Shown here: piece after piece, positions 16,415 to 27,114 of the stretch
Numbering within the stretch: position 1 is the stretch's first letter
Layout of the letters: each line of letters begins with the position of its first letter
DNA from: Thermoplasmata archaeon
Lineage (GTDB): Archaea > Thermoplasmatota > Thermoplasmata > GCA-020350865
Direction: 5' to 3'
Assembly: GCA_020348445.1 (NCBI GenBank)
Contig: CP070751.1
Location: 3,591,750 to 3,623,059 of the forward strand
Length of the DNA stretch: 31,310 nucleotides
Notes under the pieces: generated by a model
Databases searched by the model: none
What the model saw: only the letters and a program-made list of their open reading frames with translations
Told to the model about the DNA's origin: nothing
Program-made: the position numbers and the translations under genes

Positions 16415-19400
16415 ATGAATACAAAGACAAAAGAGAATTTTCTAGTTAAATTGAGAAATAAAGTGTGTGCAGTGTTTTTGACCGTGGTTTTGGTGGGCGC
16501 ATTGTTAGTCCCCCTTGGCCTGATTCAGGAAGCAAGGGCCCATTCAGGGGATGAGCTGCTATCTCCAATGACGCTAACACCACCAACACTGGATGGTGTC
16601 TTTGGACCTGGAGAATGGAACGATGCCTCAATGGCAGACCTGACAATTATTCCAAACAACATGCTGGGAACCTATATGTATGTCATGAACAACGACACAT
16701 GTCTTTTCGTTCTCTACGATGTTGTTGGTGATACCACGGACGATCCAGGTGACACCGCAGCAATGGGATTCGACACAAATCATGATGGAGCAAACGGCCC
16801 CGCAGATGGAGACGATGATTTCTTTGGTGTAGGCTCCTGGTTCGGAGGCGAGCAGCATTATGAATGGGACTCTGGAATGGGAGACTGGCAGAACCACTGC
16901 TCTCCGTTTTCTGACCCAGACCTGTCCGTGACATATGGATATGGTACATCACCAAACAGTGGAGCTGATCACAGAATCTTCGAGTGGTGCATTCCATTGA
17001 GTATCCTGGATACTGCCCCAGGAGGTATAATAGGCTTCGCTGCAGGATGTCAGTTTGCACCTGGTGTTGCCGATGATTCATCAGGTAACCTCGATCAGTG
17101 GCCTGTAAATCCAATGGCACCCATTCCACTGAGCAATTACGGAGATCTTATAATAGGGTCCCAGGACGGTGTAAATTTAAAACCAGAAAAACAGGGAATG
17201 CCAGGTATGCCTGCGCAGATTATTACCTACTCACTAAACGTGACAAACACTGGTCTAAACCCCGACCTGTTTGACATTACCTATTTCTCATCCATGGGAT
17301 GGACAGTGGATCTTTACGATAATACCTGGAATCCACTTGTGGACAACGGAGGTTCTCCCGATGTGGACACAGGATTTTTAGTTCCGAAATCTTCATTTGA
17401 AATCTATGTGAACGTCAATATTCCTCCGATAGCAAATCCAGGGGATACAGATGTGACAACAATTACTGCCACTTCATTAAATAACAACTCATTAAGTGAT
17501 TCATCTGTATTGAAGACATCTGTTCCCTATCAGACCAACTGGATGGACGGTTTCGAGTCAGGCTGGAGTTCATGGAGCACCGAGGTATTGGGGTCCAGCA
17601 ATCCATTTCCAACCAACTGGGAGATAGGAGATCCCATGGGCTCAGGCCCTGCAGCTCCATACAACGGATCCAACTGTATTGGAACCAACATTGCAGACGA
17701 TTATTATCCCGGAGCAAACATCTGCCTGCTTACACCCCATGTGGAACTCGACTCCTCACCGCAGATTTTATCGTTCTACCACTGGTACGAAATGGATACC
17801 ATGGGAGATGACGGTGGATTTGTGGAGATTTCTGTTTCAGGAGGACCCTGGACCCAGATATATCCTGTTGATGGATATGATCAAAATGGATTCATGGGCG
17901 GTTACAATACCGATGGCTTTACAGGGTCCCATCTAGCCTGGGAATACGAGGAATTCGACTTGAGCGCATATTTAGGTCAGATTGTGCAGATAAGGCTCCA
18001 CTTTGCAGCAAGTAACTGGTGGGGCTCGCAGTACGGCTGGTACCTCGATGATGTCTACATAGGTGATCCACCTCCATACAAATGTGACCTATTTCCCGAT
18101 TATCAGACGGATTATGGATACCCTGCTTCTGATGTTGATTACATTCTAACTGTGGACAACACAGGATCTGCAGACGATACATATAATCTAGTGTCAATGA
18201 GTATTTGGCCCGTTACCTTCAGGGACATAGGGGACACCATGGACATAACGACCCTCTTCGTTGCTTCGGGAAACAGCGAGGACTTTATAGCCAGGGTAGC
18301 AGTGGATGCATTGGCAAATCCAGGTGATTTTGATATTGCCTACCTCAATGCATCCTCCCAAAATGATCCCGGGACTTACGACAGAGCCGGATTGCGGACC
18401 CAAGTACCCTACAGCGCTGACTGGTTTTACGATTTTGCACCGGGCTGGGATGCATGGACAGAACAAGCTTACAGTCCTGGGATAGGGCCCACCAACTGGG
18501 AGATAGGAGATCCCATGGGTTGGGGACCAGGATCGGCATACAGCGGAACAAACTGTGCAGGAACCAACATAGATGATAATTATTACGAGTATGCCGACAT
18601 CATGCTGGTCACACCTTTTGTGGAGCTGGGACCGTCCCCGCAGCTGCTTTCGTTTATGCACTGGTACGAGATGGATACATGGGAAGATGAGGGCGGATTT
18701 GTGGAGATTGACGATGGTGGAGGATGGAGCCAGATCTATCCTTTGGGTGGATATCCTGATTGGGGAATGATGGGCGGATACTGGACAGACGGATATACAG
18801 GTATATCATCAGGATGGGAGTACGCCGAGTTCGATCTATCAGCATATGCAAATTCTGTGGTCCAGGTGAGGTTTCACTTTGCCTCAGAGGACTGGGGCTG
18901 GCAGCCGGGTTGGTACGTTGATGATATCTATTTGGGCGGTCCACCTCCATACAGATGTGACCTCTGGCCTGATTATAATATGAACTACGGATATCCAGCG
19001 GCGAATTCTGACCACATTCTAACTGTAGACAACACTGGAGCAAATGACGACACCTATGACCTCACAGCAATGAGCCTGTGGCCCGTGACCTTTAGGGACA
19101 TAGGAGATACCATGGACATAACAAGCATCTTCGTCTTTGCCGGAACAAGCGGGGATTTCATAGCAAGGGTCACAGTGGACGCCCTGGCAAATCCTGGTGA
19201 TATGGATTTAGCATTTGTAAACGCCTCTTCTCAAAATGATCCGGGTGTGTATGATGTTTCAATGATTCTTACCCAGGTTCCCTACATCGTAGACTGGTTT
19301 GACGATTTTGCCACTGGCTGGGGTGGATGGACACAGGATGTTTATGATCCCGGAACCCCGGTACCGACATACTGGCAGATCGGGGACCCTGCAGGATGGG

Positions 19401-22400
19401 GACCAGGTTCTGCATACAGCGGCACAAATTGCGCTGGAACCAACATCGATGATGATTACTACATGTACGCTGACATCATGCTTGTCTCACCCTATGTGGA
19501 ACTAGGTGCATCTTCCCAGCTGCTCTCGTTCATGCACTGGTATGATATGGATACAATGGAAGACGAGGGGGGATTTGTAGAGATTGACGATGGTGGAGGA
19601 TGGAGCCAGATATATCCTGTGGGCGGATACCCAGATTCAGGTATGATGGGTGGTTATTGGACAGACGGTTACACAGGAATTAGCTCGGGTTGGGAGTACG
19701 CCGAGTTCGATCTTTCCGCATATTCAGGCTCTGTTGTTCAGGTTAGATTCCACTTTGCTTCATGGGACTGGGGATGGCGGTCTGGCTGGTACGTGGATGA
19801 TATCTACATAGGAGGCCCACCTTCGTACAGATGTGAGCTGACGCCATTTTATCAGGGATACTATGGATACCCAACCGACAACATTGACCATGTAATGACA
19901 ATTGATAATACAGGATCTGATGATGACACCTATGACCTTTCTGCATCGATGAACTTATGGCCTGTGACCTTCAGGGATATAAGTGGAGGTGGTGCAATAA
20001 ACGATATCTTCGTTTCTGCAGGAACATCAGAGGATTTCATAGTAAGGGTACAGATACCAGGAGGCGCAAGTCCCGGGGATATCGATTATGCCAACATAAC
20101 TGCAACATCACAGGGAGATGGCTCTGTATTTGATTATGCGTACACAGGAACCCAGGTTCCCCACGATGTCAATTGGCTCGATGGCTTCGAAGCGGGGTGG
20201 TTTGGTTGGACACCAGAGGTTTTAGTCCAAAGCAATCCAAATCCAACAAACTGGGAGGTGGGTGATCCCATGGGGTCGGGCCCTGGTTCGGCCTACATGG
20301 GCACCAATTGTGCAGGAACCAATCTTGTGGATGACTACTATCCAAATGCAGATATCTGCTTTGATTCACCCTATGTCGAGCTTGGCTCTGGGCTTCAGCT
20401 GCTGTCATTCTACCATTGGTACGAGATGGATACATTCGATGAAGACGGCGGCTTTGTGGAGATATCAGTTAATGGAGGACCCTGGGCCCAGATCTATCCC
20501 ATGGACGGATACCCCTCAACCGGTGGCTGGATGGGGGGTTACTTCACAGACGGCTATTCAGGAAGCACTTCGGGATGGGAGTACGATGAGTTCGATGTAA
20601 GTGGATATGCAAATCAGGTTGTCCAGATTAGATTCCATTTTGCAGCAACTGATTGGTGGGGTGGGCAGTGGGGCTGGTACATAGATGACGTCTACCTGGG
20701 CGGTCCACCGCCTTACAGATGCGATCTGATGCCTGATGAAACGGGAAGTCCCGGATATCCCTCTACGAATGTTGATTATTATTTCATGGTGAACAACACA
20801 GGTTCTTCTGATGATACCTTTGACCTCACCAATAATACTGCATGGCCTGTTACGTTCAGGGACTTTGGGGACACAATGGACATCACGAGTGTTTTTGTAT
20901 CGGCAGGAACCACAGAGTTTATCATAGCCAGGGTTACAATACCAGCTAGTGCGCAGCCGGGTGAGTTCGATTATGGAGGAATAACAATAACGTCTCAAAA
21001 CGATCCTGCCTCAAACGACACATCCAGTATGTTTACCATGGTTCCCATAAATGCTCCATTCTTCGATGATATCGAGGGTGGAGGCCCAATGTATCCGCGC
21101 TATGATATGAATGTGAATCCTGGAACATATTGGCAAGAGGGTGATCCCTCGGCATTCCCTGGAGGACCGGGTGGTGCTTACTCGGCAAGCAACTGTTTTG
21201 GAACAAATCTACTTGCTGATTATGAGTGGGGTGCAGACGCCTTTTTACTTCTACCCTACATGGACTTGACAACCGCCCTTTCCGCGAATTTCACATTCTG
21301 GCACTGGTACCAGATTGACGGCAACTTCTATGGAGAATTCATGGATGAGGACGGGGGTTGGCTTGAGATCAGTGAGGATTTGGGGTACTCCTGGAGCCAT
21401 TTTACACCTGTAGGAGGATATCCTGACCAGACAGAAAGCAGTGTCCCTGATTATGTGGGTAACGTACCATGCTATGCCAGCGATTCTTTTGGTTGGCAAC
21501 TAGCGGAGTTCGATCTCACATCCTATTGCGGGCAAGTCATCATGCTCAGGTTCAGGTTCTGGTCCGAGCCCTGGAACGAACCAGGTTGGCCAGGCTGGTA
21601 CGTCGATGATTTCAGATTGCAGGCGACATTCCCTGCGGTTCCATGGGTGATAGAGACCATTCCAGTGAACGATGCCATAGGTATTCCCGAGAGTCAAAAT
21701 ATAGTTGTGATCTACTCTGAGAGCATGGACACTGGCGTGACACCAACCTTGACACAGGTGGGAGGCCCTGATCCCGGTGGATGGACATTCAGCGGCTGGT
21801 CCACCACATATGTTGCAGACGACACCGCCACTTGGACCCACAGCGATTGGACACCTGGTCAGGCAGTGAACATGAGCGTCTCTGGAGGAGAAGATCTCGA
21901 CGGCAATCCGCAAACAGCATTTTTGTGGAACTTCACCATCGATTTAAGTGTGACAACAGCACTTGCTACAGGTCCCATAAGCGGCCCAACGAACATAGCA
22001 GGCATCTTCATAACCTACACCACAACAGGCGGTCCTGCTTCTGTAGATCTGTACTATACAACAGACACCAGCTCTCCCTATACCTGGACCTATATCAACA
22101 CAGACATGCCTGCATCAGGGAGTTACGCCTGGACATTGCCTTTGGATGGTACATACGGCTGGTTCGCTGTCTCACCTGACGAATCAGCTCCGCTTTCAAC
22201 TGATGCTCCAGAAGCCTCATCGTACATATACGATGGCACTCAACCTGAAGTGCAAAGCACTGATCCATTAAACGGTGCAACAGATGTCCCTGTTGATTAT
22301 GATGTTGTAATCACGTTCAACGAGACCATGATCCCTGGAACTTTCACCTATACTATCGAGCCCGATCCCGGGGGTTTGTCTCAGGTTTGGAGCGTAGGAG

Positions 22401-25400
22401 ACTCAGTATGTACCATCTCCCACAATGACTTCCCAATGGGAGAAAGGATCTGGGTAAACATCACAGCTGCAACAGATCTGGTGACTAACAATTTAGATCC
22501 TCTGCCGTACTCGTTCTACTTTGATACAGCCTACACCACTGCCACTGCAACTGGACCCATAAGCGGACCCACGAACATAGCAGGAATAACAATCACCTAC
22601 CTGACAACAGGTGGCCCTGTTTCTGCAGATCTCTACTATACAACAGACACCACGGCACCATATACCTGGACCTATATCGATACCGATAATCCTGCGGATG
22701 GTAGCTACATCTGGTCTGTACCCATCGACGGTGAATACGGATGGTTTGCTGTCTCCCCCGATGAAGCGGCACCATTAACCTCAGATGCACCAGAGGCGTC
22801 TTGGTACATATACGACGCAACGCAACCCCAGGTTCTAAGTACCGACCCTGTAGATACGGCAGTGGGAGTCTCAGTAAACAAGGATGTTGTTATTACTTTC
22901 AACGAAACCATGACCCCCGGAACCCTGACCTACACATTCGAGCCCAACCCTGGCGGCCTTGCTCAACTGTGGAGCGGTGGGGATATGATAGTTACTATAT
23001 CACATAACAATCTGGCCCTTGGAACAAGGTATTGGGTGAACATAACGGCTGCAACTGATCTGGCGTCAAATGACCTGAATCCGCTGCCCTACTCCTTCTA
23101 CTTTGACACAGCAAACACAGCTGCGATAGCAACAGGACCTGTGAGTGGGCCCACCAATGTGGCTGCAATCAATATCTTGTACAACACAATAGGCGGCCCC
23201 GCAACCGTGGATCTGTACTATACAACAGATACCACTGCACCTTATACCTGGACTTATATTGACACAGACAATCCTGCAGACGGAACATATGCATGGACGG
23301 TACCTGTTGACGGCACATACGGCTGGTATGCCCAATCACCTGATGAATCAGCGCCTTCCACCTCCGATGCACCCGAGGCATCCTCATACGTATACGACGC
23401 CACGGCCCCTGAGGTCCTGATCACAAGTCCAGTATCTGGTGCCACTGGAATTCCTGTGAACCAGGATGTGGTTATCACCTTCAACGAGACCATGACCCCG
23501 GGTTCATTTGCATATACAATAGAACCGAATCCAGGAGGCCTTTCCGAGGTCTGGAGTGTTGGGGATACGGTGGTGACAATCTCCCATACAGACTTTACTG
23601 CCCTTACAAGATACTGGGTGAACATCACCTCTGCAAGTGACCTTGCAGGAAATCCGCTTTCCCCGCTTCCGTATTCGTTCTACTTCGACACAGAGGTGCC
23701 TGACATAATCCCGCCGTGGATTGTATCAAGGAACCCCATTGGAGGAAGTGTGGTCGTGGGAACCAACATAGTCATAACCTTCAACGAGAGCATGGATGTA
23801 ACATCAGTTCAAAACGCATTCTCGATATTACCCACTATTTCGGGATTATTCTCATGGAATCCGGCAAATACGATCCTGACCTTCAATCCCTCATCAAATC
23901 TGGCCTACTCCACAACCTACACTATCACAATCAACAGCAGCATTGCAAAGGATCTCTTCGGAAACTACCTAGATGGAAATGAGAACGGCACACAGGAAGG
24001 CTCACCCGATGATGACTACATCTGGCAATTCACAACCGAGACACTTGATACCACGCCTCCAACATCATATGTATCTGCACTGCCAACTTATCAGACCTCA
24101 CTGAGCTTCTCAGTGAGCTACTCGGCATCAGATGCTCAAAGCAGTGTCATGGAGGTCGAGCTCTGGTTCAAGAAGGACAGCGGTGGATGGAGCCTTTACA
24201 ACACATACAGTGGAGGATCGAGAACCATCACGTTCACTGCAGATTCAGATGGAGCGTATTCATTCTACACGCGGGCTAGGGACACCAGAAGTAATTACGA
24301 GAGGGCTCCCTCATCTTCCGATGCGCAAACAATAGTGGACACCACACCCCCTGTGGTTGATGCTGGGTCTGATGTCTATTCGAATTTACAGTTCACACAG
24401 GATGCAACTGCAAGTGATGTGACATCTGGAATAGACACTTACGAATGGACAATGATCTCTGGTCCCGGGCTGATAATCTTCGGTACACCCGATATGGAGG
24501 ACACAACCATAAGAGCAGATGACACAGGAAGCACCTATGTTATAAGGCTGACAGTAACTGATTATGCAGGTCACAGTGCGTACGATGAGTTCACACTAGA
24601 ATGGGACTCGAAGCATCCTACAGTTGCGAGTGTTTCGCCAACTGGGGAAAACATGTCCATCGCATCTACAATCTCAGTTACCTTCAGCGAGGCCATGAAC
24701 CAAGCATCTGTGGAGAGTGCGTTTTCGATTTCACCAACTGTCTCCGGTACTTACTCCTGGAGCAGCAACACTTTAACGTTCACTCCTTCAGATGATTTCT
24801 CGTACGACACACAATACAGTATCACGATCGGAACCGGGGCGCAGGATGTGATGGGAAATGGATTGACCGCAGCCTACAACTGGCAGTTTACCACCGAGGC
24901 GGAAATTGTTATTGACACAACCTCCCCTACAGTGGATTCTGTATCTCTTTCTGGAGATGAGGTCAGGGTGACAGATGAGATCACGATCACTTTCAGCGAG
25001 CCAATGAACCACACTTCAGTGGAAGACGCGATTTCTATTTCCCCCGATGTAGACATCATTGATTTCACTTGGAAGGGAAATAAACTCACCATAACCTTCG
25101 AGACTGACCTTGAACACGGTACAGAATACACAATTACAGTTGGAACCGACGCAAAGGATGAGGCAGGAAATTCCCTCGATGAGCCCTACACCGAGCAGTT
25201 CACCACAGAGAAAGCCGGATCTGAAGAGGAGGAAACCTCGGCGTTCTGGCTAATTCCGCTGATAATTGTGATCATCGTGGTTCTGCTTCTGATTCTGTTC
25301 TTGATGAAAAACAAGAAAAAGCCTGAGGACACGCTACAAGGAGGTATGTACGGTGGAGCACCTGCATACCAGCCACAGAGACCACCACAAGGTGGTGCCC

Positions 25401-25714
25401 CAGGAGAATCAGGGGCATACCAATCAGGGGGATCACCACAAGGAAATGTTCCAGTAGAACAAGGGGCGGGTATGCCCCCCCATATCGAGGAGCCCGAACC
25501 AGAAGTGCCAGAGCAGGAGACAGACGAAATTGCAAACGAGGAACCGGAAGCGCCAGAGCAGGAAATAGGCGAAATCACCAATGAGGAGCCCGAACCAGAA
25601 TCCCCGGAGCAGGAAACAGGTGAAATTGCCAACGAGGAACCAGAAGCACCGGAACATGAAGCAAGTGATATCAAAGAGAACAAAAAAGGAAAGGCGAAAA
25701 AGAAGGGGAAGTAA
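16415..25714 (+). CDS. Giant (3099-aa) modular cell-surface protein / putative adhesin
   Basis: Signal peptide; DOMON/CBM9-like domain (PPTLDG...GEW); 5x [Ig-like + MAM/cleaved-adhesin-like jelly roll]; about 7 Big_5/SbsA-type Ig domains (V.TFNE.M); TM at about 25244-25306; Pro/Gln/Gly-rich then acidic tail. SD GGAGG upstream. Confidence 0.85.
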   Translation: MNTKTKENFLVKLRNKVCAVFLTVVLVGALLVPLGLIQEARAHSGDELLSPMTLTPPTLDGVFGPGEWNDASMADLTIIPNNMLGTYMYVMNNDTCLFVLYDVVGDTTDDPGDTAAMGFDTNHDGANGPADGDDDFFGVGSWFGGEQHYEWDSGMGDWQNHCSPFSDPDLSVTYGYGTSPNSGADHRIFEWCIPLSILDTAPGGIIGFAAGCQFAPGVADDSSGNLDQWPVNPMAPIPLSNYGDLIIGSQDGVNLKPEKQGMPGMPAQIITYSLNVTNTGLNPDLFDITYFSSMGWTVDLYDNTWNPLVDNGGSPDVDTGFLVPKSSFEIYVNVNIPPIANPGDTDVTTITATSLNNNSLSDSSVLKTSVPYQTNWMDGFESGWSSWSTEVLGSSNPFPTNWEIGDPMGSGPAAPYNGSNCIGTNIADDYYPGANICLLTPHVELDSSPQILSFYHWYEMDTMGDDGGFVEISVSGGPWTQIYPVDGYDQNGFMGGYNTDGFTGSHLAWEYEEFDLSAYLGQIVQIRLHFAASNWWGSQYGWYLDDVYIGDPPPYKCDLFPDYQTDYGYPASDVDYILTVDNTGSADDTYNLVSMSIWPVTFRDIGDTMDITTLFVASGNSEDFIARVAVDALANPGDFDIAYLNASSQNDPGTYDRAGLRTQVPYSADWFYDFAPGWDAWTEQAYSPGIGPTNWEIGDPMGWGPGSAYSGTNCAGTNIDDNYYEYADIMLVTPFVELGPSPQLLSFMHWYEMDTWEDEGGFVEIDDGGGWSQIYPLGGYPDWGMMGGYWTDGYTGISSGWEYAEFDLSAYANSVVQVRFHFASEDWGWQPGWYVDDIYLGGPPPYRCDLWPDYNMNYGYPAANSDHILTVDNTGANDDTYDLTAMSLWPVTFRDIGDTMDITSIFVFAGTSGDFIARVTVDALANPGDMDLAFVNASSQNDPGVYDVSMILTQVPYIVDWFDDFATGWGGWTQDVYDPGTPVPTYWQIGDPAGWGPGSAYSGTNCAGTNIDDDYYMYADIMLVSPYVELGASSQLLSFMHWYDMDTMEDEGGFVEIDDGGGWSQIYPVGGYPDSGMMGGYWTDGYTGISSGWEYAEFDLSAYSGSVVQVRFHFASWDWGWRSGWYVDDIYIGGPPSYRCELTPFYQGYYGYPTDNIDHVMTIDNTGSDDDTYDLSASMNLWPVTFRDISGGGAINDIFVSAGTSEDFIVRVQIPGGASPGDIDYANITATSQGDGSVFDYAYTGTQVPHDVNWLDGFEAGWFGWTPEVLVQSNPNPTNWEVGDPMGSGPGSAYMGTNCAGTNLVDDYYPNADICFDSPYVELGSGLQLLSFYHWYEMDTFDEDGGFVEISVNGGPWAQIYPMDGYPSTGGWMGGYFTDGYSGSTSGWEYDEFDVSGYANQVVQIRFHFAATDWWGGQWGWYIDDVYLGGPPPYRCDLMPDETGSPGYPSTNVDYYFMVNNTGSSDDTFDLTNNTAWPVTFRDFGDTMDITSVFVSAGTTEFIIARVTIPASAQPGEFDYGGITITSQNDPASNDTSSMFTMVPINAPFFDDIEGGGPMYPRYDMNVNPGTYWQEGDPSAFPGGPGGAYSASNCFGTNLLADYEWGADAFLLLPYMDLTTALSANFTFWHWYQIDGNFYGEFMDEDGGWLEISEDLGYSWSHFTPVGGYPDQTESSVPDYVGNVPCYASDSFGWQLAEFDLTSYCGQVIMLRFRFWSEPWNEPGWPGWYVDDFRLQATFPAVPWVIETIPVNDAIGIPESQNIVVIYSESMDTGVTPTLTQVGGPDPGGWTFSGWSTTYVADDTATWTHSDWTPGQAVNMSVSGGEDLDGNPQTAFLWNFTIDLSVTTALATGPISGPTNIAGIFITYTTTGGPASVDLYYTTDTSSPYTWTYINTDMPASGSYAWTLPLDGTYGWFAVSPDESAPLSTDAPEASSYIYDGTQPEVQSTDPLNGATDVPVDYDVVITFNETMIPGTFTYTIEPDPGGLSQVWSVGDSVCTISHNDFPMGERIWVNITAATDLVTNNLDPLPYSFYFDTAYTTATATGPISGPTNIAGITITYLTTGGPVSADLYYTTDTTAPYTWTYIDTDNPADGSYIWSVPIDGEYGWFAVSPDEAAPLTSDAPEASWYIYDATQPQVLSTDPVDTAVGVSVNKDVVITFNETMTPGTLTYTFEPNPGGLAQLWSGGDMIVTISHNNLALGTRYWVNITAATDLASNDLNPLPYSFYFDTANTAAIATGPVSGPTNVAAINILYNTIGGPATVDLYYTTDTTAPYTWTYIDTDNPADGTYAWTVPVDGTYGWYAQSPDESAPSTSDAPEASSYVYDATAPEVLITSPVSGATGIPVNQDVVITFNETMTPGSFAYTIEPNPGGLSEVWSVGDTVVTISHTDFTALTRYWVNITSASDLAGNPLSPLPYSFYFDTEVPDIIPPWIVSRNPIGGSVVVGTNIVITFNESMDVTSVQNAFSILPTISGLFSWNPANTILTFNPSSNLAYSTTYTITINSSIAKDLFGNYLDGNENGTQEGSPDDDYIWQFTTETLDTTPPTSYVSALPTYQTSLSFSVSYSASDAQSSVMEVELWFKKDSGGWSLYNTYSGGSRTITFTADSDGAYSFYTRARDTRSNYERAPSSSDAQTIVDTTPPVVDAGSDVYSNLQFTQDATASDVTSGIDTYEWTMISGPGLIIFGTPDMEDTTIRADDTGSTYVIRLTVTDYAGHSAYDEFTLEWDSKHPTVASVSPTGENMSIASTISVTFSEAMNQASVESAFSISPTVSGTYSWSSNTLTFTPSDDFSYDTQYSITIGTGAQDVMGNGLTAAYNWQFTTEAEIVIDTTSPTVDSVSLSGDEVRVTDEITITFSEPMNHTSVEDAISISPDVDIIDFTWKGNKLTITFETDLEHGTEYTITVGTDAKDEAGNSLDEPYTEQFTTEKAGSEEEETSAFWLIPLIIVIIVVLLLILFLMKNKKKPEDTLQGGMYGGAPAYQPQRPPQGGAPGESGAYQSGGSPQGNVPVEQGAGMPPHIEEPEPEVPEQETDEIANEEPEAPEQEIGEITNEEPEPESPEQETGEIANEEPEAPEHEASDIKENKKGKAKKKGK
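17168..21625 (+). repeat. Five tandem ~290-aa modules (Ig + jelly roll)
   Basis: The Cys codon of Y(K/R)C(D/E)L falls at 18083, 18956, 19832 and 20720 (periods 873, 876, 888 nt). W(E/Q)xGDP and HWY motifs occur 5 times. Confidence 0.9.
21950..23695 (+). repeat. Three tandem 582-nt (194-aa) repeats
   Basis: ATGP(I/V)SGPTN starts at 21965, 22547 and 23129, an exact 582-nt period. Each unit is a 'LYYTTDT..PYTWTYI' domain plus a Big_5-like domain. Confidence 0.9.
25487..25660 (+). repeat. 96-nt (32-aa) tandem repeat in the acidic cytoplasmic tail
   Basis: GAGGAGCCCGAACCAGAA at 25487 and 25583, encoding EEPEPE(V/S)PEQET(D/G)EIANEEPEAPE twice with a 15-17-aa subperiod. Confidence 0.85.
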
Positions 25715-25722
25715 AAAGTCCC

Positions 25723-25742
25723 TTTCTTTTCTTATTTTTTTT
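25723..25742 (+). terminator. Oligo-T terminator candidate
   Basis: TTTCTTTTCTTATTTTTTTT begins 9 nt after the stop codon. Confidence 0.5.
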
Positions 25743-26385
25743 AGGTACAAAAATATAAATTTCCAGAATTTGATTCACACTACATAAGGAAGGAAGCCGG
25801 GAAACTGGGTGATTAGGGAGATAATAGCAGGGAGGAGAAAGCGGAGGATTTATGGTTTTCGAAAGATGACATTAGGTGATATCTTATATGTTTTGTTCAC
25901 AATCTTCATGAGATGATGTGTAATTTTGGGCCTATGAAGGAGGAATGCAGCTTATTATAGAGACTTCTGAGACATCCCCATAGAAGGTGATTTGTCGCCG
26001 GTGATTGTAGCGGCTCGACAGAATTTTCGAAGAGGGGAGAGAAACAAATGGAAATGGAGAAATCTGAAATGGTTTTGAATTTAAAAAGGTTTAGTTAATC
26101 CCTGTGTCATTTACTAATTTTGTAGTATATCTTGCGAAATACATCTGAAAAATTATATATACCGCAAATATTATTAGGGTTAACACTATAATCTGTGGGG
26201 GGAGGTCAGAAAGAGGATGAGCGTGATTCTAAAATCGAGGTTCTTGGAAGATATCAATTCTAATTATAATTTTTCCAAAGGCCAGGAGCCCATCTGCTCT
26301 TTTTTAATTCTCCCATAATAGGTGCCGAGGTGGGGCGCTTGGATACAAATTCCAATAAACCCGAAAAAGGGAGGAGGTGAAAAAA

Positions 26386-27057
26386 ATGAGAATAAAAAAG
26401 AAACAGGTAATTGGATTACTAACCATAGTAGTATCATCGATGTTCCTACTGTCTGCATTTTCGGGAACAGTAGGTGCAAAAGCCAAGACCCCTATCGTGG
26501 ACGGCCAACCTCCTTTACCAGGAGAAGGGCTTATAGCAAGTAGAGGGGACGGCTGGGTTAAACTAGGTTTGGCCAATGAGAACTTCCCCGGGAAATCTGA
26601 TACACCAAGGATAGTAGAGGGAACAATAAAGTTTACTGGGGCAAAAGTAATCGGCTTCCAGAATTCCCTCGGGACACCAATGGAGTTTCCTGTGGATTAT
26701 ATCAGCTTCACCGTAGGTGGAAATATTGTGGAATTCGGTATGGCCGTTCAACCACATGCTGATGCATTCAGACTGTTTCTTGAGTATGAACCCGGGAACT
26801 CTCAAACAGATAACGGCGAGGACACTCCAGAAGCAGAAGGACACGATCATGATTCAGACGGAATCAACGACGACAATGGAAGAACAGGAAATAATGGTAA
26901 AGGAAAGTCAGGCGGCGCTGGTGCCGGAAATTCTGCAAACGCAAATGCAAAAATGACCATAACTTTCAGTTATACAGAAGGTTGTCCAAATATAACCTTT
27001 GTCGGGTCATCTGCAATACCCTATGCCGATGGAAAACCAATTCCATTGATGGAGTAG
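26386..27057 (+). CDS. Hypothetical secreted protein with a Gly/Asn/Asp low-complexity insert
   Basis: Start placed at ATG 26386 behind a perfect SD GGAGGTGA (26373-26380). Signal peptide MRIKKKQVIGLLTIVVSSMFLLSAFSGTVGA. Confidence 0.7.
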   Translation: MRIKKKQVIGLLTIVVSSMFLLSAFSGTVGAKAKTPIVDGQPPLPGEGLIASRGDGWVKLGLANENFPGKSDTPRIVEGTIKFTGAKVIGFQNSLGTPMEFPVDYISFTVGGNIVEFGMAVQPHADAFRLFLEYEPGNSQTDNGEDTPEAEGHDHDSDGINDDNGRTGNNGKGKSGGAGAGNSANANAKMTITFSYTEGCPNITFVGSSAIPYADGKPIPLME

Positions 27058-27086
27058 AGAAGGTTGTATTTCCAAAATATCTCTCC

Positions 27087-27114
27087 TTTTATTTTTTTAT
27101 TACTATTTTTTATT
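27087..27114 (+). terminator. Oligo-T terminator candidate
   Basis: T-rich run (TTTTATTTTTTTATTACTATTTTTTATT) about 30 nt after the stop at 27057. Confidence 0.45.

Noticed and set aside
25186-25750. Antisense ORFs of 165, 87 and 105 aa over the adhesin tail
   Set aside because: Mirror images of low-complexity codons in the real gene; no SD or motif. The same reasoning applies to the other short ORFs nested in long CDSs.
25790-26330. Purine-rich intergenic region with several SD-like sequences, tiny ORFs (5-33 aa) and one imperfect hairpin near 26003-26030
   Set aside because: No ORF has coding features I can support and the hairpin is weak; it may be a decayed gene but nothing is identifiable.
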